Shown one piece after another: positions 27,885 to 37,537 of a stretch of 64,000 nt of DNA. Every line of letters begins with the position of its first letter. The stretch's first letter is position 1. The notes below the pieces were generated by a model. The model saw only the letters and a list, made by a program, of their open reading frames with translations, was not told the origin of the DNA and did not search any database. The position numbers were made by a program, and so were the translations under genes. The DNA comes from a virus, in IMG/VR virus record IMGVR_UViG_3300032046_005540, positions 96,001-160,000 of that record. One strand, 5' to 3'.

Positions 27885-28939
27885 TTTATAATCTTTTCTA
27901 AAATAGTAAGAATTTGTTGAGCTACTACATTAGGGGCAGCATTATTTTTTATCCATTCGTGTCCTTCTGTAGCAAAGGCTACCGCCTCTTCGTAGTTACT
28001 ATAAATCCACTTTATCTTATCCCCCATTGCTTGCCAATATCCTGGTTCTATATAATATGAATATGATCCTTCAGTAACTCTTTGAACAGGATAATCAAAT
28101 ATAATTGAAGGTTTCTTACAATATAATGCTTCTGTCGAAGGAGTACCAGCAGCAGTGTCCCACATTTGAGTAAAAATATGAAGTTTACATTTCTTCATCA
28201 ATTCTGCTTTTTTCTTATCCTGAATATATCCTAAAAACTCCACATCTGCTCCTAAATCTTTTGTAAGTTTTTCTAATTCTCCTCTTAAACCCCCATCAGA
28301 AGCAATTACTAACTTCTTACCCGCGTAATGGCAAGCTCTAATTGCAAGATCAACTCTTTTCATAGGAGCTAATCTACTAACCATAAAAATAAAATTTTCT
28401 GTTTCTTGCCCAGGAATTAAATCAAAAAGTTCTATATCCGTTGGATAAAAATTACAAAAACAATCCTTTCTTCCAATTAATTTTTTAACCTGTTCTGGAA
28501 TAACTGGATTTATTCCAGTTAAATAATTAATTTTTTTATAAGCTTCTAAAAAAGGTCTTTGAATTATACAAAGGCGTTGATATTCTTGAGGAGAAATATA
28601 TTCTAAATTTGAGCCTTCAGCAATATCAAGAATTTGTTGTAAAGCAGGAATTTTATATCTTTCTTGGTATTTAAAAGTTTCTATAGAACTTCCTTGCTGA
28701 GTTCCAAAAATTACATTAAACTTTTCGCTTTGCCAAATATTTTCAAATTCACTCCAAGTATAAAAACGAATATTATTTTTAGTAAATTCATCATCATTAG
28801 TTCTATCCGAAACAGCATTGCTATACTGCGGATTAATGAAAACAACATTATGCCCTTGTTTTGAAAAATAAATTGAATACTTGTTTAACTGTACAATATT
28901 CCCTGATGAAATTACTAATATTTTCATTTTATTTTCCAT
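27881..28939 (-). CDS. GT4 glycosyltransferase
   Basis: VSRLAPMKRVDLAI.A, GG.R.ELE, VEFLGYI, EAL...KP.I. Confidence 0.85.
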   Translation of the reverse strand: MENKMKILVISSGNIVQLNKYSIYFSKQGHNVVFINPQYSNAVSDRTNDDEFTKNNIRFYTWSEFENIWQSEKFNVIFGTQQGSSIETFKYQERYKIPALQQILDIAEGSNLEYISPQEYQRLCIIQRPFLEAYKKINYLTGINPVIPEQVKKLIGRKDCFCNFYPTDIELFDLIPGQETENFIFMVSRLAPMKRVDLAIRACHYAGKKLVIASDGGLRGELEKLTKDLGADVEFLGYIQDKKKAELMKKCKLHIFTQMWDTAAGTPSTEALYCKKPSIIFDYPVQRVTEGSYSYYIEPGYWQAMGDKIKWIYSNYEEAVAFATEGHEWIKNNAAPNVVAQQILTILEKIIK

Positions 28940-29915
28940 TCAACACCTCTTCATAAACTTTAGAATATTGTCTACCAATTGTTTCATATGAAAAATATTT
29001 TTCAATCCATTTTCTAGCTCTATTTTCAAGATCATATGAAAAATCATAATCTTTAATAATTTTTATAAGATCATTTCCAAGAGTTTCCTCAGATGAACTT
29101 AATACAGGAATATGTTCCCCAATTTTTCCATCAGAAAGTTCCATACACCTTTTTTCACTAACATAAGTAACTACAGGAATTCTCATAGCCATTGCCTCAA
29201 GACTAGACCTGCCAATATAACCAACAATCTTACTAATCTTAATTCCATGATAATAACAACTTGAAGTGCTAAGACGCTCCAAAAATTCCTTATGAGAAAT
29301 TGCTTTAGATGCATTATCCCAACATATTTCTTTTTTTCCTAAAATATGTTTTTCAAATAACTCTCTATCTTCTTGGGAAGTTCTAAATGCAAATCCAAAA
29401 TAAGTCGTAATTTTACCAGTCATTTTTATATAGCTTGGAATCAAAGATTTTGTATCTACAGCATGAGGAATAAATGTAGAATCTATTCCATCTTTAAATC
29501 TTAACATAGGATTTTGAACAACCAATTTCCATCCTTTAGATTTCATAATTGGATTTAATACTTTATGATCGTTTCTATATTCTGTTCCAGTCATTGTAAC
29601 TACAATTGGTTTGTCTAAAGGAATTTCAATTCCTGACCAATCAGAATTTGTAGGAATATTATTCCACACATTAATAATATCAGCACTTCTTATTAAATCC
29701 ATAACCAAATCATAATTTTCAAGTTTATTAGCAACTGCTCCAGGATGAGAATAACAATGGCATGGAATTATAATATCATGAGGAAAATCCCAAGGATGCT
29801 TACTAAGAGAGATATGCCTTGTATAGAACTCCTCAGAAACTGAATTTACTGCTTTTGAAACTTGACAACCAGATCCCGCATAATCACTTTGACATAAAAT
29901 TACAACATTTTTCAT
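28929..29915 (-). CDS. GT-B fold glycosyltransferase
   Basis: IPHAVD, GRSSLEAMAMRIPVV, RKWIEKYFSYE.IG. Confidence 0.78.
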   Translation of the reverse strand: MKNVVILCQSDYAGSGCQVSKAVNSVSEEFYTRHISLSKHPWDFPHDIIIPCHCYSHPGAVANKLENYDLVMDLIRSADIINVWNNIPTNSDWSGIEIPLDKPIVVTMTGTEYRNDHKVLNPIMKSKGWKLVVQNPMLRFKDGIDSTFIPHAVDTKSLIPSYIKMTGKITTYFGFAFRTSQEDRELFEKHILGKKEICWDNASKAISHKEFLERLSTSSCYYHGIKISKIVGYIGRSSLEAMAMRIPVVTYVSEKRCMELSDGKIGEHIPVLSSSEETLGNDLIKIIKDYDFSYDLENRARKWIEKYFSYETIGRQYSKVYEEVLNGK

Positions 29916-30844
29916 TTCACCAATTCCTCTAAAATACCTTTAGCTATATTAAAATTTATTTTTAATACTTTTTGAGAAACATTATAACTTGCCTCACAAA
30001 GATCAGTATAAAGATCTGGAGAACTCAAAATTAAATCTATTCTCTTTTTTATTTCAACAGAATTATTTGGATTTTTAACTTTACATATTTCACTTAACAT
30101 ATACTCATAAGAATACCAATATACAGAAGGACTAACAATTACTGGTATTTTAAGTAACCCCAATTCTAATACAAAATAGCAAAAGCTTTCTGATAAAGAT
30201 ACTTGAAGACCTAATTTCATTCCTCGAAGTATATTATAATATTTTTCATTAGATACCCAATCAGACCAAATCCAATCTTGTTTAAAAAGAGATTTACTTA
30301 ATTCAAACAATTCTGGTTTAGAACCAAAAGTATATAACCCTTCATCTTTATATTTTGAAGTTGCTACCGCTAAAGCCTGATTATAAAAATTTTTGTTTCC
30401 TCTATTTATTCCTCCACAGCATATTCCTCTTCTACTTTCAAATTGAGGTTCAGGTAATTTTTTATTAAACAATGGGGGAAGCCATTTAATTTTATCTCCC
30501 CAAATAGAACTTAAAGCATCTGCATCTGGTTTATGAAGTAAAAACAAATAATCTAAAATACCTTTGTTTACTTCTTGGATTTTTCCATTCAACAAATTCA
30601 ATTCATTTGAAAATTCACACTGAAGAATTGGCGAGCAAAAAAGGAAACTTGTTTTATAATTAAAATCTTCTTTTCTTAAAGGGCTATAACCGAAACCGAT
30701 AACTAATTTTGTATCAGGAGTTGGATTAAAGGTTTCAAATGTTTGAAGTTCAACTTCTGGAATTAAACTCAACCCCTCAAAACACGAAAAAGCTCCCCCA
30801 AAACCAAGACATTGTTTTGGTATAACTGCAATAATTTTAGGCAT
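29912..30844 (-). CDS. GT-B fold glycosyltransferase
   Basis: KNFYNQ, LGLQVSLSESFCY..LE...KIPVIVS. Confidence 0.72.
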   Translation of the reverse strand: MPKIIAVIPKQCLGFGGAFSCFEGLSLIPEVELQTFETFNPTPDTKLVIGFGYSPLRKEDFNYKTSFLFCSPILQCEFSNELNLLNGKIQEVNKGILDYLFLLHKPDADALSSIWGDKIKWLPPLFNKKLPEPQFESRRGICCGGINRGNKNFYNQALAVATSKYKDEGLYTFGSKPELFELSKSLFKQDWIWSDWVSNEKYYNILRGMKLGLQVSLSESFCYFVLELGLLKIPVIVSPSVYWYSYEYMLSEICKVKNPNNSVEIKKRIDLILSSPDLYTDLCEASYNVSQKVLKINFNIAKGILEELVK

Positions 30845-31618
30845 CTATTTTCCTATATAAGGTTTTAAATATTGAACAATTCTTTCTGTATTATTTAAAA
30901 TATCGTTTTCCCAAAATCTTAATAAAATAAAATTACTTTCTTTTGCTATTTGCTTATGTTTCTCTTCTCTTTGTTTATTTTTTATTTGAACAAAATTTAA
31001 TTTTTCAAATTTTTTAGGATTCCCATGCCAATAGTCTCCATCAACTTCAATGAGAATGTTAGTATTTGAAAGATGAAAGTCAAAAAGATGATTTCCTAAT
31101 CGAAATTGATGTTCAAAAGGAATACCTAAAGAATTTAATATTTCTTTCATTTTTAATTCAGGTTTAGTATCTTTATAAGGGCCTTTATAATTTTTCATTT
31201 TAAATAAAACTGATTCTCGCATTTTTTGTTTTGCCTCTTCAGAATTAATAAAACCCAAAGTTTCTTTTCTTTTTAAACGAGCTTTACTTAACTTTTGTTT
31301 TGTTTCATCAGAACGAAGTTTACTATATTTAGCTACTCTTTCATCTGTTTCTTTTGTTAGATCTTTATTCCAAGCCTGCTTACCATACATAGGATTATTT
31401 TTACCAGATTGATTTCTTCCATACATAGGATTCTTATCACCTTTATTAGCACAACTATAACATCTAATAGATTTTCTATCAATTTCTTTCCCGCAATCAA
31501 TACAATATAAAGGATATTTTCCAGACCAAAGAGGATTTAATTCTCCTTTTTTTGCACAAGAAGAACAACGTTTTCCAAATCCTTTAATTTCTTTTTCACA
31601 ATCTATACACTTATTCAT
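30845..31618 (-). CDS. free-standing endonuclease: Zn-ribbon/NUMOD3 + DUF559/Vsr-like nuclease domain
   Basis: CIDC repeats, NPMYG, TKPELKM, FDF...IEVDGDYWH, LLRFWE. Confidence 0.82.
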   Translation of the reverse strand: MNKCIDCEKEIKGFGKRCSSCAKKGELNPLWSGKYPLYCIDCGKEIDRKSIRCYSCANKGDKNPMYGRNQSGKNNPMYGKQAWNKDLTKETDERVAKYSKLRSDETKQKLSKARLKRKETLGFINSEEAKQKMRESVLFKMKNYKGPYKDTKPELKMKEILNSLGIPFEHQFRLGNHLFDFHLSNTNILIEVDGDYWHGNPKKFEKLNFVQIKNKQREEKHKQIAKESNFILLRFWENDILNNTERIVQYLKPYIGK

Positions 31619-32547
31619 TATAATACCTTCTCAATTTCCTTTAAATATTCCCGAACTCTAATATTAATTGTATGGTCTTCTAAAACTCTCTGTTGACCAC
31701 TTCTTGCTATTTGTTCTCTTTCATCTTCATGCTCCAAGTAGTAATCAATCTTATCATATAAATCTTTTTCACCATCAAATACTACTAAATGTTTTCCATT
31801 ATCAAATAATTGATTTAAATCTATAATATTTTGAGTTAAACAAAACGATCCACAGCCTAAAATCTTATATATACGATCAGACATTTGAAGAGAACAAGGA
31901 TTTAGCACTGTAATAAAATTCAAAGCAATTTTTGAATTCCTATATATATTTGCAATTTCTTTAGTTTCCACAGCAATACTTGGAACATTAAATCCTCTTC
32001 CAACAACTTTTATTTTATATTTTTCATACAACTTAGGAATACACTCATTCCGATCTGGAGAAATACCCCCGTTATTATTTCCGATAAAACATATATTATA
32101 TATTTCACATTTTGGATCCAATCTTTCAATATTTGGTTTATAATAAGTTTGATCATAATATTGAGGTCCCCAAACAACTTTTTTAGCAAAACCTTCAAGT
32201 TGAGGAACAATTCCTTTTACTGCAACTAAAATTAAATCAAACTTTCCTTTTACCTGTTTAAAAAACTCAGTATCTGGAGAAAAGGTAGGCCCATACGCAT
32301 CTGGATACCATAAAACTAATTTATGTCCTAATTGTTTTAAAGGCAATAAATGTTGAGGAGAAGCAGTTCGTCCACCACATTGTAAAACGAAATTAGGTTT
32401 ATATTGTTCTACACTTTTAACAATTTCAGAAGAAGGAGCACCGACTGGGAAAGTAAAAACTTCATGTCCTTCTTCTCTAAAAACTCTCGCCATAAGCAAA
32501 CCATTCTGATTTGTCGAGTGTAAAGGAGCTAAAATAAATATTTTCAT
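31618..32547 (-). CDS. glycosyltransferase, CgeB type (paralogue of 19383..20372)
   Basis: PQYYDQTYYKP.IERLD, ICFIGN, SDRIYKILGCG, YYLEHEDEREQIA. Confidence 0.85.
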   Translation of the reverse strand: MKIFILAPLHSTNQNGLLMARVFREEGHEVFTFPVGAPSSEIVKSVEQYKPNFVLQCGGRTASPQHLLPLKQLGHKLVLWYPDAYGPTFSPDTEFFKQVKGKFDLILVAVKGIVPQLEGFAKKVVWGPQYYDQTYYKPNIERLDPKCEIYNICFIGNNNGGISPDRNECIPKLYEKYKIKVVGRGFNVPSIAVETKEIANIYRNSKIALNFITVLNPCSLQMSDRIYKILGCGSFCLTQNIIDLNQLFDNGKHLVVFDGEKDLYDKIDYYLEHEDEREQIARSGQQRVLEDHTINIRVREYLKEIEKVL

Positions 32548-32555
32548 TTTAATCC

Positions 32556-33074
32556 TCAATAAGGATAAATTTTCGAAATCTTTTTTGCTTGAACACCTAA
32601 ATCATAAAAATATGCATTAGATCTTGGATCTCTTCCACCAATTTCAAAACCAGCACTTTCAACCAGGTCATCTAATCTTTTTCTGTCAAATGTTAATCGA
32701 TGAACATTCTCTCCATACTCTTGATTTCCAAATAGTAATCTACTAAATTCTGCACAAGGTATTTTACCTTCTATATAATCTTTAGCAATTTTTTCAGCAT
32801 CAGGACAATAAATTCTCAATACCCCTTCTGATTTCAAAATTCTATACCACTCTGCTAATGTTTTTATTATTTTATTTGGATGAATATGCTCTATTGTATG
32901 AGATATTCTAATTTCATCTACTGAGTCATCTTTAAACATTGGTAAGTCTGTAATATCATGTATAATATCAACTCCCGGAAGATTCCTTATATCAATATTA
33001 GTAAAACCTATTAATATAGGAGATCCAGGACCTCCTTCATACTTTTCTGCTCCTCCTAAATTTAATTTCAACAT
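32556..33074 (-). CDS. SAM-dependent methyltransferase (type 11-like)
   Basis: KLNLGG...GFTNID, SVDEI..SH.IEH, EWYRILK..G.L.I..PD. Confidence 0.82.
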   Translation of the reverse strand: MLKLNLGGAEKYEGGPGSPILIGFTNIDIRNLPGVDIIHDITDLPMFKDDSVDEIRISHTIEHIHPNKIIKTLAEWYRILKSEGVLRIYCPDAEKIAKDYIEGKIPCAEFSRLLFGNQEYGENVHRLTFDRKRLDDLVESAGFEIGGRDPRSNAYFYDLGVQAKKISKIYPY

Positions 33075-33772
33075 ATTTTTCCCAAAACTTCAATTTCTTT
33101 TAAATCTTTTATAACAATCAATTTTAAATCTTTATATCCATATTCATTTAACAATTTTCTTCTTTTTGTATAATACTGTTTATCAGTTAATTTAAAATCA
33201 AATGAATGAAATTCAACTACAATTTTATCATTTATTAAAAAATCAAACCTATTTAAAAAATTATGTTTAACTTTAAAACCTAATTCTTTTAGTTTTATAT
33301 AACAATCTTTTTCTGATAAAGAAGGGAAAAATTCATTGTCATAATAACATTTCTTACCATGACTATTTCTTAATGAGCGTTGGATAGCTTCTGGAGTACT
33401 ATATATAAAATTTTCTCTTTTTTTCAATGTATCACTAATTTTCTTTTTTGTTTTTTCAGAATGGGGAATATCTTTATTCCAAGAAGATATGCCTATATGA
33501 GATTTGCTCATATTTCTTTTCCATTCTTTAGAAAAAGGAGGACGTTTTTTACCTTTTCTTGACTTACTTATTTTTTCTCTAACTTCTGGTCTTTTTGCCG
33601 GATTATTTTCACCAACAAGTTTTCCTTTATTCTTTTTACTTATTTTCATTTTTGTTTTATTAGAATGATGTTCCCCATAAAAAGGATTTCTTACACCTTT
33701 GTGAGAACAAACAGCACATCTCTTAGCTAATCTACTAATTTCTTTTTCACAATCAATACAATAATTTTTCAT
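33068..33772 (-). CDS. free-standing NUMOD3-domain putative homing endonuclease
   Basis: CIDC, NPFYG.HHS..TK.KIS, HSEKTKKKIS; C-terminal S..E...FDF.....VEFH nuclease-like domain. Confidence 0.75.
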   Translation of the reverse strand: MKNYCIDCEKEISRLAKRCAVCSHKGVRNPFYGEHHSNKTKMKISKKNKGKLVGENNPAKRPEVREKISKSRKGKKRPPFSKEWKRNMSKSHIGISSWNKDIPHSEKTKKKISDTLKKRENFIYSTPEAIQRSLRNSHGKKCYYDNEFFPSLSEKDCYIKLKELGFKVKHNFLNRFDFLINDKIVVEFHSFDFKLTDKQYYTKRRKLLNEYGYKDLKLIVIKDLKEIEVLGKIC

Positions 33773-33773
33773 A

Positions 33774-34715
33774 TTATATTTTTTCTAAAAGCTTTACAAC
33801 TTTATTATTATTATTTTCCATCACTGAAACTGCTATATTCTTTGATAAGATACACAAATCTTTATACAAAATAGAATCAAAATAAATTTTTTTGATCTTC
33901 TCTCCTATTAAAATAGGGTTATCAAGATTTTCAATAAAACAAAACTTTTTTAAAGTAGAATCTTCAACATACCAAGATATACTAGGACTAACAACTGAAG
34001 GAATACTCAACATTGCAAGTTCCCAAGTCGAATAATTAAAACTTTCGCTAAACGAAATCTGTATTCCCAATCTTACAGTATTCATTAAATCTAAAAGTTG
34101 TTGCCTTTGTAATCTTGGGTATAACGTAATATTCTTCATATCAAATAAATTTGCAAAAAATTGGCACATTTGAACTTTTTCTTGTCCTGTTATAACAAAA
34201 GGATCTTCAACGCTTGAATATTTTATTGCTCCAAACATTGTTGCTAAATTTTTATGTTTATCTGAAGTCCCAAAAAAACAAATACTTTTCCTATCTTCTA
34301 CATTAAAACTATTTTTTGGTTGCAAATCCCATTGTAAAGCAGGAGGTAAATAAATAATTTTTTCATTTTTAAAAAGATAAGTTAGCCTTTCTGAAAGTAA
34401 AAATATATAATCAATATCTCCACTTTTTAACATATTCTTATATCTTAACAAAGCATCCAAATCCCCATTCAAACTTGAAGGAACCACATGAGCCTGAGCT
34501 AAAGGAGAACAAAAAAGAACTCCTATTTTCCTTCCTTTCTTCCTTAATCTCAATAAATCAATTTCTCCAATACCACAAGAAATAATCAAATCTCCATCTT
34601 GATCTTGGAGTTGTTCCCAAGGAATATGTTTAGTTTTCCCAGTAACTTCTAAATGTTTTAAGGCCCAATAAGCACCAGTATCTTGCCATGCTTGAGGGCA
34701 GGTTGTAATTATCAT
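33774..34715 (-). CDS. GT-B fold glycosyltransferase (paralogue of 29912..30844)
   Basis: LFCSP, HKNL, LGIQISFSESFNY..WE...IPSVVSPS..WY. Confidence 0.72.
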   Translation of the reverse strand: MIITTCPQAWQDTGAYWALKHLEVTGKTKHIPWEQLQDQDGDLIISCGIGEIDLLRLRKKGRKIGVLFCSPLAQAHVVPSSLNGDLDALLRYKNMLKSGDIDYIFLLSERLTYLFKNEKIIYLPPALQWDLQPKNSFNVEDRKSICFFGTSDKHKNLATMFGAIKYSSVEDPFVITGQEKVQMCQFFANLFDMKNITLYPRLQRQQLLDLMNTVRLGIQISFSESFNYSTWELAMLSIPSVVSPSISWYVEDSTLKKFCFIENLDNPILIGEKIKKIYFDSILYKDLCILSKNIAVSVMENNNNKVVKLLEKI

Positions 34716-34898
34716 ATTTTTTTACTATTTTAACTGCTCAAAGCAATTAGTTCACAAAGTTCGTCTATGTTTTCTCTTATTTTTCTAATTTCTTCTTTAA
34801 TCAATCCCCTTATATCTGGTTCTTTATAGGGTAATCCTTCTGTATACAACTCAATTTCTTGAATATTAAGTTGCAATTTTGTTATTAACATCCCAAAT

Positions 34899-35246
34899 TT
34901 AGATATCATTATTATCTCCTTTTGGTCCTTTATAATATGTCCCTATCTTTTTTCTATATGCTTTTACTCTCCTATATAAAACTTTTGAAAGTTCTTCTGC
35001 CTGTTCAGCATTTAACAAAATTTCATCGAAACTAAGTTCAGGTGTTTTCCATCCTTTAATATATTGCCAACATCTTTTTACCCTTTGCCACAAATTAGCA
35101 GGATCACTATATTGAATTTCAAAATAAAATACATCATCATTTTCATAAAATTTTTTATCTACACGAACAACCATTTTATCTTCACATCCGGCACACGAAC
35201 AGTATAATTCAAGTAGATCATCATAATAAGGTTTTATGGTTTTCAT
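34899..35246 (-). CDS. hypothetical protein
   Basis: 115-aa ORF containing LWQRVK..W.YI.G. Confidence 0.55.
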   Translation of the reverse strand: MKTIKPYYDDLLELYCSCAGCEDKMVVRVDKKFYENDDVFYFEIQYSDPANLWQRVKRCWQYIKGWKTPELSFDEILLNAEQAEELSKVLYRRVKAYRKKIGTYYKGPKGDNNDI

Positions 35247-35259
35247 AAAGTCTCCTAAT

Positions 35260-36204
35260 TCAATTTATAACTTTTTCAAAAATTTGTTTCCATTTATAAA
35301 TAAATCGTTCAGGGGGAAATACTTCTTTAACAAGTTGTTTTCCTCTTTGCCCAATTTTTTTTGCTCTCTCTGGATTTTCTAGTAACTCAATTATCTTTTT
35401 TCTTAAATCAGTAGCATTATTTGAAGTTAAAGCATTTATTCCATCTTTTAACAACAAATGCATTTCGCAACAATCTGTTGAAACTACGGGTGCACCAACT
35501 GCCATTGCCTCTAGCAAACTCATAGGAATGGGGGAGGCTGTGGCGGAATTAAAGTAAGCCCCAGCTTTTACTAATAGCTTTTTTATTTCATCATTGGGCA
35601 TTAATCCTTTACAAGCCTCCCCTATATTTTCATTACTATAACCATAAACTCTAACATCTTTTAATCCCCAAGTTGAATTAACCCAAAGTAAATAACCACA
35701 ACACCAATCTCTGTTTGGAAATTCGTTGCAAACAGTTATTATTGACTTTTCTCCTCCTTCATAATTTGGAAATTCATTTACATCTATTGCATGATAAATT
35801 ACAGAATTTTTATCATCCTCTTTCATTCCCCAAGCTTGCATACTTGATTTTGTTATAAAAATAGTATGATCAATAAATTTCTCTCTGTTTTCTTTCCAAG
35901 TATTCACATTCCAATCGTTATATGGCCAAGTATGCTCTGTAAAAACTCTTGGAATTAATTGAAAACCTTCCTCATAAGAAGAAATAATAGTTGGATGACG
36001 ATGAATAAGCATTAAATCAAAATCTTTTTGTTTATCTAAAGCTTCTTCTTTAGAAATCTCAAAAACATTATTGGGTTTTGATACTTGTTCATCCCAACAA
36101 ACTTTATTATTCTCATCTATAATATGATAAAATTCAACTTCTAGAATAGAAGCTAAATTCTTCTGATATGTAGAATGGGCGAAATGGGATAAAATTTTTA
36201 ACAT
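35260..36204 (-). CDS. GT4 glycosyltransferase
   Basis: IYHAID, SPIPMSLLEAMAVGAPVVST, G.RG...V...F. Confidence 0.88.
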   Translation of the reverse strand: MLKILSHFAHSTYQKNLASILEVEFYHIIDENNKVCWDEQVSKPNNVFEISKEEALDKQKDFDLMLIHRHPTIISSYEEGFQLIPRVFTEHTWPYNDWNVNTWKENREKFIDHTIFITKSSMQAWGMKEDDKNSVIYHAIDVNEFPNYEGGEKSIITVCNEFPNRDWCCGYLLWVNSTWGLKDVRVYGYSNENIGEACKGLMPNDEIKKLLVKAGAYFNSATASPIPMSLLEAMAVGAPVVSTDCCEMHLLLKDGINALTSNNATDLRKKIIELLENPERAKKIGQRGKQLVKEVFPPERFIYKWKQIFEKVIN

Positions 36205-36207
36205 TAT

Positions 36208-37362
36208 TTATATATTCTCCAAAAACAAATTTAATCTCTCAGCACTTTCTGTCCAAGTCAATTTTCTATCTATAAGTTCTTGTCTTTGCTCCAATGCTTT
36301 TTCTTTAGCCATTTCATTCTTTTCAAATGAACGAACCATTACTCTCTCAAACTCTTGCCAGTCAGGAATTGTAATTTGTTGTGGCGGCTCGTAGACGTGT
36401 TGCCAGAAAAGTTCTCTACGTAATTGTTCCCATTTATAGTTTAAAATAACAGTTTTCTCTGGATTTAAATATGTATCAGGAGCAGTTCCTCCAGTTGTAA
36501 TTATAGGTAACCCACTTGCTATTGCTTCTATAATAGGCATTCCAAAAGCTTCTCCTGAACTTGGCAAAATAAACACATCAGCATTATGATACAATTTACT
36601 CATATCTTCTGGTGTTAATGCCCCATGAACTAAATAAACTTTAGGCCCCTCCCCCAAACCTAATCCAGCGTGATTTCTTACAGCATTTATTTTTTCAATA
36701 CATTGAATTTTATCAATAGTCCCAGCACCTTTTCCATATACTTTTAAAATTAAACCAACATCTTTATTAGTTCTAAATGTTTTAAGAAAAGATAAAATCA
36801 TTTGAGATATATTTTTACGATCTCCAGGAGTCCATTGACCAATACTTAAAAAATTAAATTTTGTAGAAATTTCTTCTTTTGGAAGTAAAGGTTGTTTATC
36901 TAAAGTATACATATCAAAATCAACTCCAAATGGAATTGTAGTAATAGGAACCTTAACACCACTTTCCATAAATGTCTTTACATTAAAAGGTGTAGGAACT
37001 ATACATCCATCTAAACGATTTAAAATATAAGCCCAAGTTGGAGTAATTTTATCAGTTTCCAGCATAGTAAATCCAAAATATTTTTTATAATTATGAGGCC
37101 ATTGAAATTCAATAGGAATAGACATATGAATAAGAATACTTTCTTCAGGAGGGTATTCTTTTCTTCGTAGGAGATCAAGAATTTCACGATCTTCAGGAGA
37201 TAATTCAATATCTCCAGCAGTTAACCATTGAAGATTTTGTAAAGCAATATCGTAGGAATCTTTGTATTTTTTATAAAAAGCTAAAATCAAACTTCTACTT
37301 ACTGAACCATACCCTGAAAAATTATCTACAGTGGCTCTAAACACTACTTTCTTTTTATTCAT
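36208..37362 (-). CDS. GT4 glycosyltransferase
   Basis: SGYG, ETD, DRKN, PSSGEAFGMPIIEAIASGLP. Confidence 0.9.
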   Translation of the reverse strand: MNKKKVVFRATVDNFSGYGSVSRSLILAFYKKYKDSYDIALQNLQWLTAGDIELSPEDREILDLLRRKEYPPEESILIHMSIPIEFQWPHNYKKYFGFTMLETDKITPTWAYILNRLDGCIVPTPFNVKTFMESGVKVPITTIPFGVDFDMYTLDKQPLLPKEEISTKFNFLSIGQWTPGDRKNISQMILSFLKTFRTNKDVGLILKVYGKGAGTIDKIQCIEKINAVRNHAGLGLGEGPKVYLVHGALTPEDMSKLYHNADVFILPSSGEAFGMPIIEAIASGLPIITTGGTAPDTYLNPEKTVILNYKWEQLRRELFWQHVYEPPQQITIPDWQEFERVMVRSFEKNEMAKEKALEQRQELIDRKLTWTESAERLNLFLENI

Positions 37363-37537
37363 CTATACTCTCCTTCTTCTATTTCTTTTCTAAAGACAAT
37401 GAACATATCTAACTACAATTTTCTTTGGGCTAATTTTTATTAGTCCCTTTTTGTTTAATATTAATGTATTTCTAATTTCTATTCTACCCAAATCACGGTC
37501 AATTATTATATTAGATCTCATTTTAATTCCTTTCTTT

